This document shows, one piece after another, positions 11,901 through 24,704 of a stretch of DNA of 64,000 nucleotides. The DNA is taken from contig JBHGNT010000002.1 of NCBI GenBank assembly GCA_043228905.1, forward strand, positions 20,274,001 to 20,338,000. Direction: 5' to 3'. The stretch comes from Azolla caroliniana. Taxonomy: Eukaryota > Plantae > Polypodiophyta. Each line of letters starts with the position of its first letter. The first letter of the stretch is position 1. The notes beneath the pieces were generated by a model. That model had not been told where the DNA came from, did no database searches, and saw only the letters and a program-made list of their open reading frames with translations. The translations under genes and the position numbers were made by a program.

Positions 11901-14479
11901 CTCTCCATTATGGTCCGGTTCATCCTCTCGGCCAGCTCGTTTAGTTCCGGCGTCTTCGGCACGGTAAATTCAAGCCGGATTCCCTTCGAGCGACAGTACT
12001 CCTCGAACTGCCCCCGGTATTCACCTCCGTTATCTACTCGAACCGCCTTCAGCTTCCGGCCGGTTTCTCTTTCCACTCTCGCGTGGAGCTCTTTGAAGAC
12101 GGATAACACCTGATCCTTCGTCTTCAACGGTGTGGCCCACAGCTTACGGCTGTGGTCATTTTTGAACATCACGAAGTACTGCGATCTGGCATGTGACTTC
12201 GTGTCCATGTGACATACATCAGTATGCACCATCTCCAGTGGTGAATTACGTCTCATCGGTGGCCTCGATCGGAAGGAGGTCTGGTTTTGCTTACCGGCCA
12301 GACAATCAATGCACTTCTCCAAGTGCACGTTCTTCACTGGAATGAGGTTGTCGTCTGCAAGCCTCTTCATCCCCTTCTCGCTCATGTGACACAGCCTTTT
12401 GTGCCACAGCTCACCGGTAGTGTCGGATGCCACGTTCACTTCCTCCGGACATAATCGGGCATTCATCAGGTACAACGTGTTTACCTTCCGGGCCCGAGCC
12501 ACAATCAGGCTTCCTTTGCTGAACTTCATAACACCGTTCCGGATGCTACTCGTGTAGCCTTCATCATCTAGCCGACCGACTGATATCAGGTTCAGACGAA
12601 GCTTCGGAACGTGTCGGACATCCTTCAGCAGCAGCTTGCATCCGGTTGGTGTTGTCAACCACACGTTTCCTATGCCGACAATTCGGCATGTACCTTCATT
12701 CCCCATCTGGACACAACCATGATCACCGGCTGAGTAGGATGAGAATCATTTCCGGTCCGGGGTAAGGTGGAACGACGCTCTGGAGTAGACCACCCAGGTC
12801 ATCTTGTCGCCGGCAAGGTTTAGCTCACTCTCCTTGGTGATGAGCATAAACTCTTCTTCACTTGCCGCGATTGCCGTCGTCCCCTTCCGGTCCGGCCCCC
12901 TCCGGTCTTTACCGTTTCGGTTCGGTGTCCGCTTCGAATCGGTACCGTCGGTTTCCTTGTCTTTTCGGAAGTGCCGACAGTTCTTTTGGAAGTGTCCCGG
13001 CTTGCCGCAATAGAAGCAAGTAGGCCTCCCCCTTGACTTTGACCGTGTCCCCGACTTTTCCCGGTTCTGGGGGCTACGGTTCCTTTGTCTTCCGCGTTCC
13101 GATTCGGTAAGGAGCGCTTTGGAGTTGGAGTTCGTATCCTTATCTTTCCGACGCGCCTCCTCATCTAGCAAGCTCGACTTCACTCTTGCTAGGGATAACC
13201 GTTTCCCTTCCAGCCCGGCGTTGCCCAAGGTGACAACCAACGTCTCTCAGCTATCTGGGAGGGAACCGAGCAGGAGTAGTGCTAGTACCTCATCGGCAAG
13301 AGGTACTTCCAATGATGTTGCCTGGTGGATCAGCCCCTGGAAGGCATTCATGTGCTCCGCCATGCTGGAGCCATCTTGGTACCGGAGTCTTACTAGCTTC
13401 CGAAATACCGAAACCTGATTGACAGCATTTTTGTTCTGAAACATAATGCCGATCTTCTCCCAGAGCTCATGAGCCTTACTGTCTTCATTGAAGTTGTTAT
13501 ATAGACTCATGTCGATGAAGCACCATATGTACGCCGTTGTCTTTATGTGCATCACCTCCCATATCGTGGCGTCGATTTTGTCCAGTCTCTTGTCCCTGAA
13601 CTGAACCGGCAATCAAAGATCTTTAACCACGAGCATGTCCCTCATCTTCGACTTCCACACTGAATAGTTGGAGCCGGTGAACTTGAACATGCCGCCCAAC
13701 GATTCATCCATTTTCTGTGTCGTTTCGCTCTGATACCACTTTGACAGGAACTACTCCCGATGAACAACGCTCGGCCACAACCGAGCTTAGAATCAAACAC
13801 AGAAAATGGGGAATGAATGCATGACACAATGGAGAGAAGAGTACACAGGATGTTTACGTGGAAAACCCAAACACAGGAAAAACCACGGCAGTCCACTGAC
13901 TGCTAACTATCACTATGTAACAATATACAATAGATGAACATAGAGGCAACAACCTCTTGTTCACTGTCTTCGCCACAGGCGGCGGTTACAATAGAGAAAC
14001 GAACTCTTCATCTCTTTCTCTCTCTCTCTCTCTCTCTCTGTACACTGTTGCACTCTAATCTTGCGCCAACAAGAATGACAACAACACAATCACTAAGTTT
14101 GCCCTAAGTCATATTTATACTAATATGACTTTTCAGCTATTTACAAATATAGCCCCGATGGACTCTCAGAAAACATATTTACGGATATGTCCCTTCATCC
14201 GGTGAGCACTTCTCACCGGGCCTTCACCATCCGGCTCTTGCCGGGTACTCGTCATCCGGTTCTCACCGGGTCTTCACCATCCGGCTCTTGCCGAGTACTC
14301 GTCATCCGATTGTCACCGGGTCTTCCGTTGTCGGGTACTCGTCATCCGGTTCTCACTGGGTCTTCCGTAGCCGGGTACTCGTCATCCAGTTCTCACTGGG
14401 TCTTCACCATCCGGCTCTTGCCGGGTACTCGTCATCCAGTTCTCCTCACTTCCCATCCAGAGGGACCTGTTTCCTAACA
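8955..14479 (-). mobile_element. Full-length Ty1/copia element C1 (Tnt1/Tork-like) inserted in G2 gag
   Basis: LTRs at 8955-9653 and 13742-14479. Perfect TSD CAATC (8950-8954 / 14480-14484). iMet PBS TGGTATCAGAGC (13727-13738, minus strand); PPT at 9654-9670. Confidence 0.95.
9664..13711 (-). pseudogene. pol: C1 gag-pol (gag, CCHC, PR, GAG-pre-IN, IN, RT, RNase H), disrupted
   Basis: CFYCGKPGHFQKNC, LWHKRLCHMSEKG, HTDVC, QLDVKTAFLHG, LYVDDML, CDSQSAI; several in-frame stops and frameshifts. Confidence 0.93.
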
Positions 14480-14484
14480 CAATC

Positions 14485-15271
14485 TGGAGGTCCTTTACCA
14501 TCCTAGTCAACTCCTCTAGAGCTGCTCCTCCGGATGAGCCTTTGACCATGTCGGTCGAAGTCGATCCGATCTCGACCAGTCTCGGGTCTCTTCCCTTCGC
14601 GCTGGTGGGGTTGGCTCGAGTTTCCTTGCTACTATAGAGCCCGCCCCTATTGATCCTTTATCGACCCACTCTCGTCGTTTGTCGAAACCGCCATAGACTC
14701 TCTTCACCACGGCCCAGTCGGCCGTCAGCCCGTCATCAGTCTCCAGTAGGAGACCCACTTGACCCCGGTCCCTCGCATCCACCGACTTAACGAACAGCAG
14801 GACGCGACATGTGTCTAGTACGGTCCGATCGAGCGCCGAAAGACGCGCGAAGTATTCTTCAAACTCCCGGAGGAGCACCGACGAGTTTCTCCCCTTTTCG
14901 GGGGTCTCTACCCATTCCATGAAGTCCCATTTCGAGAGTCGAAGCGCATCATCAAGCCTGTATTTTTCGAGGAGCCGACCTTCAAACTCTTCCCAGGTCC
15001 GGCTCTCAACCCATACCTCGAGCACCTCCGCATAGATGCCCGACATCGCCACCCGAGGGAATCTGGTCAGTCGCCTTTCTTCCGGAATGTCTCTCATTAT
15101 TATCTCAGCCCGATAGGCCTCCAAATAGCTCGTGGCATCCTTCCCACCGAACCAGCCTATCGTGCCGACGACTGCTTCAATAGACCTATCGAGGGCACCT
15201 GCGCCTTCGCGCGCACTGACTATCTGATCCACAGTCGAAGCAATGGATTCCGCGAGATCCGACCCCCTCAT
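14485..15271 (-). pseudogene. gag: G2 gag N-terminal part
   Basis: ORF 14516..15271 starts just after the PBS and is homologous to the G5 gag-like ORF (F.G.DA..(Y/F)L.AY.A; VLLF(V/L)K(S/T)V). Confidence 0.8.
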
Positions 15272-15294
15272 CTTTCTATTCCTCTGCTGCCCGT

Positions 15295-15312
15295 TTCACG
15301 TCGGGTTCACCA
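15295..15312 (-). promoter_or_regulatory. Primer-binding site complementary to the tRNA-Trp(CCA) 3' end
   Basis: TGGTGAACCCGACGTGAA is the 18-nt complement of plant cytosolic tRNA-Trp ...TTCACGTCGGGTTCA-CCA (tRNA sequence recalled). It lies 4 nt from the LTR end. Confidence 0.88.
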
Positions 15313-15316
15313 AATA

Positions 15317-16009
15317 GGTCGCGTTGTTACGCGTGTGCGTGGAGAACGAGGCGGGACCACCGGGGTCTTGGACTGAGAAATAGCTGAGGAGGAGGAGAAC
15401 GGAAAGACCACAGACGCACTTGCACACGCACAGACATGGGAGCACATAGGAATCACAGTCCAACAACACAACAAAACAAGATGACTAGAAGTCCAAGTAT
15501 ATGAACACGTATGTATATAAATATATATATATATATCAAGGCGGTTACAACTAATAGGCCGGCAAGGCGAACACCGACGCCTGTTCACTCACACAGAGAA
15601 GAGCGAGATGGAGACTCTGCCGGAAGCACACGGGCGTTCCACGGAGCAGAGTCAGCCTCCTGAAAACCTGCGCAAAATGGCTATGGAGAGTGGCAGAGGA
15701 GAAGGGCTCGGTCCCAGTCTGGCAGCACTTCGTCCTCTCTAACGCGCGATACATTTCCCATTCCTCTCCCTCTCTTTTATAGCCCAAGGAGGGAGGCCGT
15801 TATCATCCGTTACATCACATTAATTCTCTGTCCTTTCGGACAGAGATACACCTTGATTCTCTTCCTATTGACTGCGTGCTACCTAGGATTTCACTTCAGC
15901 CGACTTGTACCTACCTACCTACCATATAGAAAAAAGTGTGCTCACGTGTAAGGGCCGGTTTACACACGCTAAACTCGGTTTCCGCCTAGGGACGGTTTTC
16001 TTCATGACA
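15317..16009 (-). repeat. G2 5' LTR (693 bp)
   Basis: Direct repeat of 2950-3654, adjacent to the PBS. Confidence 0.95.
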
Positions 16010-16013
16010 TTGG

Positions 16014-16956
16014 GATGTATCATTGATGGGGGATCCGGTATTAATGTGATCAGTACACATACATGCGCACGACTAGGAATTACAGGATGGACACCCACTT
16101 TGTCAGACCCCTAGGGTTAATTCGGAAATTGGGCATTATCGTTGGTGGCCATCGCTTCGACATCTCTACGGTAGTGCTCACCCTAGACGCTCCGGGAGCA
16201 TACCCAATATTGCTCGGCAGACCTTGGCTACGCTCAGCCAACATCAAATAGAATTGGCAACATAATCGTATCAGTTTCGGGCGAGGCCGAAGCAAAGTTC
16301 ATGTGCCCTCTTAGGAAACGGCGACGCTAACCAAGGGCATAGCGCCATTATACGTGGAAGATATAAATATGTTGGAAGGGGTAGATGATACAGAGCTTGA
16401 GGAGTACCTAGAGGACCACCCGCGGATCGTTCCATTATTCGAAATTGACATAATAGAAACCGTTGCAGAATACGCCCCACCTAATACGCTGCACGAAGCT
16501 GAATACGAACCAAACCCAGAGTCGCTAATGGAGTTAAGTAGAGCACACACAACGTTCAAGAGAGAGATGGAAATCTCACGGAGGGTCACTGCTTTGGCAT
16601 TAGAAGAAGTCAATATCGGAACTACGACGGAACCTTGACTACTGTCAATTGCGAAGGACTTTGTCCCAAGTGAGAAGACGACAATGATCGAGCTGCTCAA
16701 GGAATATAAGGATGTTTTCGCATGGTCACATGAGGACATGCAGGGGTTGGATCCAAAATTCTATCAACACAAGATCAACTTGTCCATCGACGTGAAACCG
16801 GTGCAACAACGTTGCTATCAGATGAACCCAAATTACACGGTTCGCGTAAAAGAAGAGATTGACAAACTTCTAAAAGCAAGGTTTATCCGGCTGGCGAAGC
16901 AGGCCACGTGGTTGAGCCCGATTGTTGTGGTACCAAAGAAAAATGGTAAAATCCGT
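16014..16956 (+). pseudogene. pol: G3 pol segment 2 (protease to RT N-terminus)
   Basis: IIDGGSGINVI, YPILLGRPWL, LLKEYKDVFAWS, WLSPIVVVPKKNGKIR. Confidence 0.88.
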
Positions 16957-19900
16957 TGTCGTGAAGATTTCCGGCTTTGGTGTGAAATTGGGATGGAATG
17001 GGCAAGTCGGCAAGGTGCAACATGTGCACATGTATAGTAGGAAAATAGTGTATAGAATAAGGGGGAGAATTTATCCCACATTGTAACGTCTCTCCCTCCT
17101 TGGGCTATAAACGGAAGGGAGGGTCTCTTGTGAAGGGGTTACCTATTTTGAGTGAGAGAGGAATACGACTTAGGTCGAGGGGTTCTATTCGGTTTCGGTT
17201 AGGGTTTCTTCTTGGGTTTCCGTTAGGGTTTTACTATACTTCTTGACTTGCTCATCCGGTGAGGGTTTTCTTGTAGTCGTTTTTGGTGCAGCCTATGCAG
17301 CCTTGGTTGTAATCTTTTGTGAACTCTTAATATAGCATGTTGATTTTCTTGTCTTGTGGGTGTATCTTGCCTCCATCTAATCTATTCTATGTTTATGTGC
17401 TATTCTTCCTCTTCTCCTCTTGAGCTAAGCTTCCATTTTGTGTCTTATTCCTTCTCCTCTACTTCCTAGTCCAAGACCCCCGTGGTCCCGCCTTGGATCC
17501 TACACGTACTAGTGGAATATCGCGACATATTTGGTGAACCTGACGTGAAGAGGCGGCAAGGGAGGATGGAGATGGAAGAAGACTTCGACTTCATGGAGAT
17601 AATGGCTAAGATCGTGATGGATGCCGAATGGAAGAAGGCGAAGTGAGATGCGGCTCAACAAGTCGTCGAAAGGGTGGTCGGTTGAGTCGGCCGGTTCAAC
17701 GGGGATGATGCCCCAAAATTTTTGGGAGCTTACAATGCTAAAATGACGGAGAGGGGCGTGGCCGATGTGATGCGGTTAGAATTTTTTTGTCGAGTGGCGG
17801 CCGTATTGACACACAAAGAGGTCAAGGAGCTTCGAGAAGCTCACGAGTCATGGGAGTCCTTCGAGGGAGCTCTATTGGAGGCCTACGGGTACAAGAAACC
17901 GGAGGGGTGAAGTCGGCAAGAGTTCGATCGGTGGGTGGCGTCGGCGAAACCCCATCGGAGCACGATGGAGGCATTCCGAGAGTTCGAGCGTCGTTTCTCT
18001 CAACTCTCGGAGCGGGATCGGAGATTGGTGGGGGCGGACAAAGTCCTCCTATTTTTGAAGACGGTCCATCAAGAGAAAAGAATGGACCTCCTATTCGAGC
18101 TTCAAGATGATTACGGAGCACATGGTCTCATTGAGGAGTGGTCCGAAGTAGAGTGGGTGTGCCGGCAACATGATGCGAGGCGGTTGGCCACAACACGGAC
18201 CGAGAGTGGTGGAGAAGGGAGAGCGGTGAGTGACTACGCACTACCGCAGGAAGAGAGCTTGACACGTAATGATATGGAGGAGTGTGACCTAGAAGCGTTG
18301 ATATGGGAGGCATACGAGATCGTGAGGTCAAAGATCGAAGCCGAAGAGGGGCTTATTATGGAGTCGGGCCGGAGACACTCGGAGGATGCGGAGGAAGAAG
18401 CCTCCCTACGCGTGGAGGATGGGGCCTATGCGGAGGTCGAAAGAGTGTGCGACGGTGATGAGGGAGAGGTTGCGGAGCAAGCGACCCTCTCATCTTACGG
18501 TGAAAGGACGGCCATGGAAGAGGCTAGTGACTACGGAGCGTGGAGTGCCACTTCGAGATTGGGCAGAGGATTCGGGACACGGTGGCCCGAAACATCAAGC
18601 AGAGAGGAGACGAGCGGCGGTGCCGGGACCTTACCCACACCAGTTCTAGAGACTTTGGCGGCCGGCTCGAGTGCCAGCGTGAGACTTAGAGTGACGAACG
18701 GTGGCAGCGGCAAGGCGGGCAACCAAGACGATAACAAGGAGAACGAGGAAGAGGAGGAGGCAAGCGTAATCGAGGCTTGCGTAATCGGGGACGGGGTAGC
18801 CCCGGACAACGAAGTTCGGACGGAGGTGGCTACAGACATGACGGGCGGCGGTGCCGGGACCTTACCCACAACGGTTCTAGAGACTCCTATGGCCGGCCCG
18901 AGAGTCGGCATGAGACCTAGAGTGACGGACGGTGGCGGTGGCAAGGCAGGTGACCGAAACGAGAACGAGGAAGATCCCTCGACACCGGGGCCAGAGACTT
19001 TGGCGGTTGCATACCAACATAAGACTGGAGAGATGGGCAGTGGCCGTGAGGATGTGAGGCCCGGAGTGGGCACGTGCGGAAGGACCGAAAGGGAGGCCGG
19101 GAGCGGCAAAGAGGAGAGAGTCGGGAACCGACCCGACCGAAAGATGACGCGGAAGAAGATTGGAGCGGGGTCCGGTCAACCGGGCCTGAACTGAAGAAGA
19201 GCCAGCAAGGCCAGGATTGTTTGGTCAAACCCGTATCGTTCAGTTACGACCATGGAAGAGAGCCGACTGGAATGCAGTGGGGCTATGCCGGAATGATTGG
19301 AGGTCAAGGTACACGAGCCACGACACGCAGTGAGAGTCGGTGAGCGTGAGAAGGAGGCCAAGCGGACGCAACGACTACGGTCATGTGGAAGACTGGAAAC
19401 AAGTGGAAGACTGGAATCGAGACGAAGTGGTAACATGAGCTGCAAAGGATGCCGAAGCGGGGTACACCGGCACGGATGTCAGGATGGAGGTGCGCTCTAC
19501 CGCGAGAGAGCACGACAAGCAAGGGAGAAACGAGGAGCGCGTAATGGGGTCACGTAAGGACCAAAGAACGAGCACATATTCGGAGGACAACATCAACGCA
19601 CGCCGAGGTGTTCGGGATGCGGAGACGATTGAACCGAAGGAAGGACATATGCGGCATGCGACGGGTGGAATTTGGCGTGCGATCGGAGAGATCGAGAGTG
19701 CATCCGGAGGATATATGAGGCAGACAAAGGAAGAGAGATAGGGTCGGCAATGGCGTTCGAGAGGACTGATTGAGGAGGAAGGCACGAAGGTCGGATATGG
19801 TGGATCAGATGGAGTCGGTGGTTAGGGGACACGCGGTGGACGTGGCGAATCGGATGGATCTGAGGGATTGGGGTCAATAGGAGCCGGCAAGGCGGTCGGG

Positions 19901-20583
19901 TGCCGGGATGACAGAGGACCCGGTTGATTACCGTCGCCGAAATCTCTCACCCTTCTCCTCTTGGCACAAACCGGTGGATGTGCAGTTTGGTGGGGGTGGA
20001 TGTCATGAAGATTTTCGGCTTTGGTGTGAAATTGGGATGGAATGGGCAAGTCGGCAAGGTGCAACATGTGCACATGTATAGTAGGAAAATAGTGTATAGA
20101 ATAAGGGGGAGAATTTATCCCACATTGTAACGTCTCTCCCTCCTTGGGCTATAAACGGAAGGGAGGGTCTCTTGTGAAGGGGTTGCCTATTTTGAGTGAG
20201 AGAGGTATATGACTTAGGTCGAGGGGTTCTATTCGGTTTCGGTTAGGGTTTCTTCTAGGGTTTCTTCTTGGGTTTCCGTTAGGGTTTTACTATACTTCTT
20301 GACTTGCTCATCCGGTGAGGGTTTTCTTGTAGTCGTTTTTGGGGCGGCCTATGCGGCCTTGGTTGTAATCTTTTGTGAAATCTTAATATAACATGTTGAT
20401 TTTCTTGTCTTGTGGGTGTATCTTGCTTCCATCTAATCTATTCTATGTTTATGTGCTATTCTTCCTCTTCTCCTCTTGAGCTAAGCTTCCATTTTGTGTC
20501 TTATTCCTTCTCCTCTACTCCCTAGTCCAAGATCCCCGTGGTCCTGCCTCGGATCCTACACGTACTCGCGGAATATTGCGACA
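16957..20583 (+). mobile_element. Non-autonomous, gag-only gypsy element G5 (3.6 kb), tRNA-Trp PBS
   Basis: LTRs at 16957-17527 and 20001-20583. TSD CCGT/CCGC. PBS TGGTGAACCTGACGTGAA at 17532-17549; PPT at 19989-20000. No pol motifs. Confidence 0.92.
17566..19194 (+). pseudogene. gag: G5 gag-like ORF with long Glu/Gly-rich low-complexity extension
   Basis: N-terminal part aligns by eye with G2 gag; TGA stops at ~17644, 17683 and 17908; internal duplicated block GGGAGTLPT..LET. Confidence 0.65.
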
Positions 20584-20587
20584 CCGC

Positions 20588-23092
20588 GTTTGCATGGATT
20601 ATCATAAGCCTAACGCCGTAACGATAACGGACACGTTCCCCTTACCCTTCACTGATAGTGTACTAGACGCGATCGCGGGCCATGACATGTATAGTTTTCT
20701 AGATGGTTTTAGCGGATACAATCAGGTACGCATGCACCCTGACGACTAGGAGAAGACGACATTCGTCACAGAGTGGGGTGTTTTTGTCGCTGTGGTCATG
20801 ATGGTAGGGCTAAAGATGGTGCCTGCCACGTTCCAGCGAACAATTACAGAGATTGTTGGGGAGTACATACCTGCCTTTATGCAAGTCCTTCTCGATGATT
20901 TCGCGGTATATGGAACACGAGGCAAACATTTGGGCTATCTCCAAGTTTGTTTGGAGCGTTGTCGTACATCACACCTCAACCTTAATCTGGCCAAATGTGC
21001 ATTCGGAGTCACCAGTGGGGCACTTCTCGGACACATCATAAGCAAGGAAGGGATAGCGGTGGATCTGAACAAAATCACGACCACCATTGAAGCAAAGACT
21101 TCGACTAATGCCAAAGCCCTCAACTGCTTCCTGGGTCAAATACACTGGCATAGCCGCATGTTACAGTACTTGGCGGATTTTGCGACCCCATTACACGCCG
21201 CCGTACATCGAATGTCCTTCAAGTGGACGACAATAGAAGAGAAAGCTTACGACGCACTCAAGGTAATGTTAACCCAAGCACTGGTCGTACAACCACTAGA
21301 TTGGACTAAACCGTTTCACGTCTTTGTGGATGCTTCAGATATAGCAATAGGCAGCGCATTAATGCAACTCTCAGAGCCGAGTTGGTATAGACCAGTCTAT
21401 TACGCCAGTGGTAAACTATCAACTGCCGAGAGGAACTACTCCACAACCGAGTGTGAAGCCTTGGGGATGATATATAACATCAACAAATTCCGGCATTATT
21501 TGCTAGGGTGCAGATTTATGTATCATCTCGATCACGCAACATTACTGTATCTAGTTGAGAAACAGGCACTGATAGGGAAGTTGGCCAGATGGATGCTGCT
21601 GCTCCAAGAGTTCGATTTCGCAATTTAGCATCGGCCGGGCACGGAGCATGCCGTAGCTGATTTCTTAAACAAAGTGGATAATGGCGATAATGCGGTGAGG
21701 GACGATGACGACTTTCCTAACGCTGATATTTTGAGGATCGCGACTATGGCCTCATAGGCAGAGATGAATTTTCCGGATCGTTGGCTAGTGGAAATGACGT
21801 ATTTTCTGACCATGGGACTGCCACCTCCGCAACTAAGGACGGATGAAAAGAAACGCCTACTTGTTCGTAGTCGTAACTTTTGCCTGGTTGAAGGAGTACT
21901 TTACCACTAGGGCAGCGATGGGATCTGGCGACGCGAGATATGGCATGATGAAAAGGAAGTCGTTCTGTGTGAAGCTCATTGCGGTACGGCCGGGGGACAT
22001 TACGTGGGCGATGTTACGGCCCGAAAAATATGGCAAGCAGGTCTAATGGTGGCCAACTACCCAGAAAGACGCATATCAATACTATAGGCAATGTGATCTA
22101 TGTCAACGGTTGGGGCAACCTACGGAGGTCGCACGGATGCCACACCAACTGGTTCTTCCGTTGGATCCATTCCAGAAATGGGGTATGGATTTTGTCGGTC
22201 CCTTTACGCCGGCAGCGGCGTGAACCATCAATAAGTACATTCTCGTAGCTACGGATTACTGCACTAACTGGGTAGAAGCAAAAGCGTTACAGGATAATAC
22301 GGTGGCATCCACGACAAAATTTCTTTACGAATACATTTGGTGTTGGTTTGGTTGCCCAATCGAGCTCATAAGTGATTAAGGGAGCCACTTTCTAAATTCG
22401 GTCATCTACGAGCTAACACACCATTACGCCGTAGTGCATAAGAAGAGCACGCCATATTACCCGCAGACGAATGGGTTAGCGGAGTTCACGAACAAGACCT
22501 TATAGACCATAATGAAAAAGATCGTGAATGAGAATAGAACAAACTAGGTGCCAAGTTGCACAGCGCCTTGTGGGCATATCAGACGAGTTACAAAACTTGT
22601 GTACAATCCACACCTTTCTAGCTAGCATTTGGGTTAGAAGCTGTAATGCCCATCGAATTCCAGGTGCCCAATTTGAGAATTCAAGTACGAGACCGACTGT
22701 CAGAAGGCAAGTCCGAGCAAATATGGCTACAACAACTCCTCGAATTAGGCGAGGCTCGGGTCCATAGTATGGCCATACTCGAGCATGAGCAACGACGGTG
22801 TAAAGCGTTCGTGGATTGACATCGGGGCACACGGGAGAAATGCTTTGCAATTGGGAAGGCCGTATTGGTCTTTCAAACATGCATGGGTCAAATGCCAGGT
22901 AAGTTACGGTTCCGCTGGACAGGGCCGTATTGGATAGTTGGAGTGGAAAATGGGACCTTCCAATTGGGTACCCTCGCTGGAGTTATACTTCGGCAAAAAG
23001 TAAATGGGTTTCGATTAAAACCTTATCTGGGACCTACGCCCCTGAACCCGTTTCATGCCATAACTAACACGGTAGAGGGGTCCCTTCACTAA
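20588..23092 (+). pseudogene. pol: G3 pol segment 3 (RT, RNase H, integrase)
   Basis: FPLPF, YSFLDGFSGYNQ, VLLDD, FVDASDIAIG, LLLQEFD, WGMDFVGP, WTGPYW. Confidence 0.9.
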
Positions 23093-23584
23093 CCAGTAGC
23101 TAGGACCCACGTGTAATAAAATGTAACAGTAATATTGTACTTTACCGTTAAAAAAAGAAAAAAGAGAGAAGATAGTCACGACTATTAAAAGGTGTTATGC
23201 ATGCACAAACTTCAAGATCAAGCACACACGACACCACGATGTCACACAGGCCAATAAACCCTAGAGCACAAAAAGAGGGAAAAAGAAGGTTTTCTGCACA
23301 CTACAGAAAACAGACTAACTCTCGTCGCCCTCGTCGCTCCCCTTGCTCCCCTTGCTCCCCACCATACCATAGAGTCCATGATCACCGTAGTTTGAGAGCT
23401 TCACCTATTCTATATGAGCCTCTTCTGCCCACGATGCCAGTTCCCATTTCTGCAGCTTTACGCAGGTGGCTCCTAGAAAACGGTTTTGAGGGGTACATCA
23501 GGGTTACCGAGGCACCATCACACCCTGATGCTCTCGACATCGCCAAAAAGCTCAACGTGGACACTGTGACAAATGCCACCATTC

Positions 23585-23808
23585 GGAAAAAATTGGACCT
23601 ATCTGCGATTTGGGAGAAAAACTTCGCCATCCCCCCTACAAAAACCCTAGAAGAATATTTTGGGGAATACTCCGTATCAGCCAAGGCATATAGAATGGAA
23701 AAAATTGGACCTATCTGCGATTTGGGAGAAAAACTTCGCCATCCCCCCTACAAAAACACTAGAAGAATATTTTGGGGAATACTCCGTATCAGCCAAGGCA
23801 TATAGAAT
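23585..23808. repeat. Tandem duplication, 2 x 112 bp, frameshifting the G3 eORF
   Basis: GGAAAAAATTGGACC...CATATAGAAT at 23585-23696 and 23697-23808. Confidence 0.9.
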
Positions 23809-24022
23809 GAAAGACATCCTGAACCCATTCTTTCGGGAAATAGCCAAGTTCCTACTTGAGGTTGGTTGCATGCATGTCAACACATACGGGATGTCGAAAC
23901 AGAAGGCATGCATTATCATTGATACATTCGAAGGGCGCGCAGTAGATTGGGGAGTGATTACGGGACCAACGCTAAGAGAGGACCTGCACGCATACCAGGC
24001 CGCCAAAAGGCTAAGGCCGATT

Positions 24023-24704
24023 TGTTAGGAAACAGGTCCCTCCGGATGGGATTGGAGTACCCGGCAACGGAAGACCCCGGTGAGAACCGGATGACGAGTA
24101 CCCGACAAGAGCTGGATGGTGAAGACCCGGTGAGAACCGGATGTGGAGTACCCGTCTACAGAAGACCTGGTGAGAACCGGATGACGAGTACTCGGCAAGA
24201 GCCGGATGGTGAAGACTCGGTGAGAACCGGATGTGGAGTACCGGCAGCACCTCCAACCTACTCTTTCCCCTCTGTGCGTTTACGAGCAGGTATCGGCATC
24301 TGTTCGCCGGCCTATTCGGTTGTAACCGACTTCGTGTTTGTTGTCTTCGTGTTCTTGTTGTTTGTCTTGTCAATACATACATACTTTCGTGTCTTTTTGT
24401 GTCGCTGTCCCACTCGCATCTTTGCGTCGAAGGGCCGTGTCCCTGTGAATCTACGCTCGCACGTAGTGGGTCTCTTCTCTTTCTCTCTTACTCTTCGGTA
24501 CAGGACCCCCGAGGTCCCGCCTCATTCCACGCATCCGCGAGGAATACCTCGACACCGTGGTTTTTCCCTAGTTTGGGTTTTCCACGTTAACATCGTGTGT
24601 ACTCTTCTCTTCATTGTGTCGTGCGTTCATTATCCGTTTTCTGTGTTTGACTTTAGACTCGGTTGTTGCCGAACGTTGTTCATCTGAGTGTGTAGTTCTT
24701 GTCA
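24023..24704 (+). mobile_element. Copia (C1-family) solo LTR whose middle is replaced by a gypsy LTR fragment
   Basis: TGTTAGGAAACAGG...TTGTCA ends; TSD CGATT/CAATT; 24247-24554 is foreign sequence. Confidence 0.88.
24247..24554 (+). repeat. 3' part of a Trp-group gypsy LTR
   Basis: Ends GGACCCCCGAGGTCCCGCCTCATTCCACGCA...CCTCGACA; the copia LTR resumes at CCGTGGTTTTTCC. Confidence 0.75.

Larger units (their letters stand above)
2950..16009 (-). mobile_element. Full-length, decayed Ty3/gypsy element G2, tRNA-Trp primed, 4-bp TSD (Phygy/Selgy/Ylt1-like, tentative)
   Basis: LTRs at 2950-3654 and 15317-16009. TSD TCGG (2946-2949) / TTGG (16010-16013). PBS at 15295-15312, PPT at 3655-3670. Domain order gag-PR-RT-RH-IN. 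Confidence 0.92.

Noticed and set aside
17466-17527. HDV-like ribozyme or 5S-derived (Cassandra) sequence in the U5 motif
   Set aside because: GGTCCCGCCT only superficially resembles HDV; I could not build the nested double pseudoknot and saw no 5S similarity.
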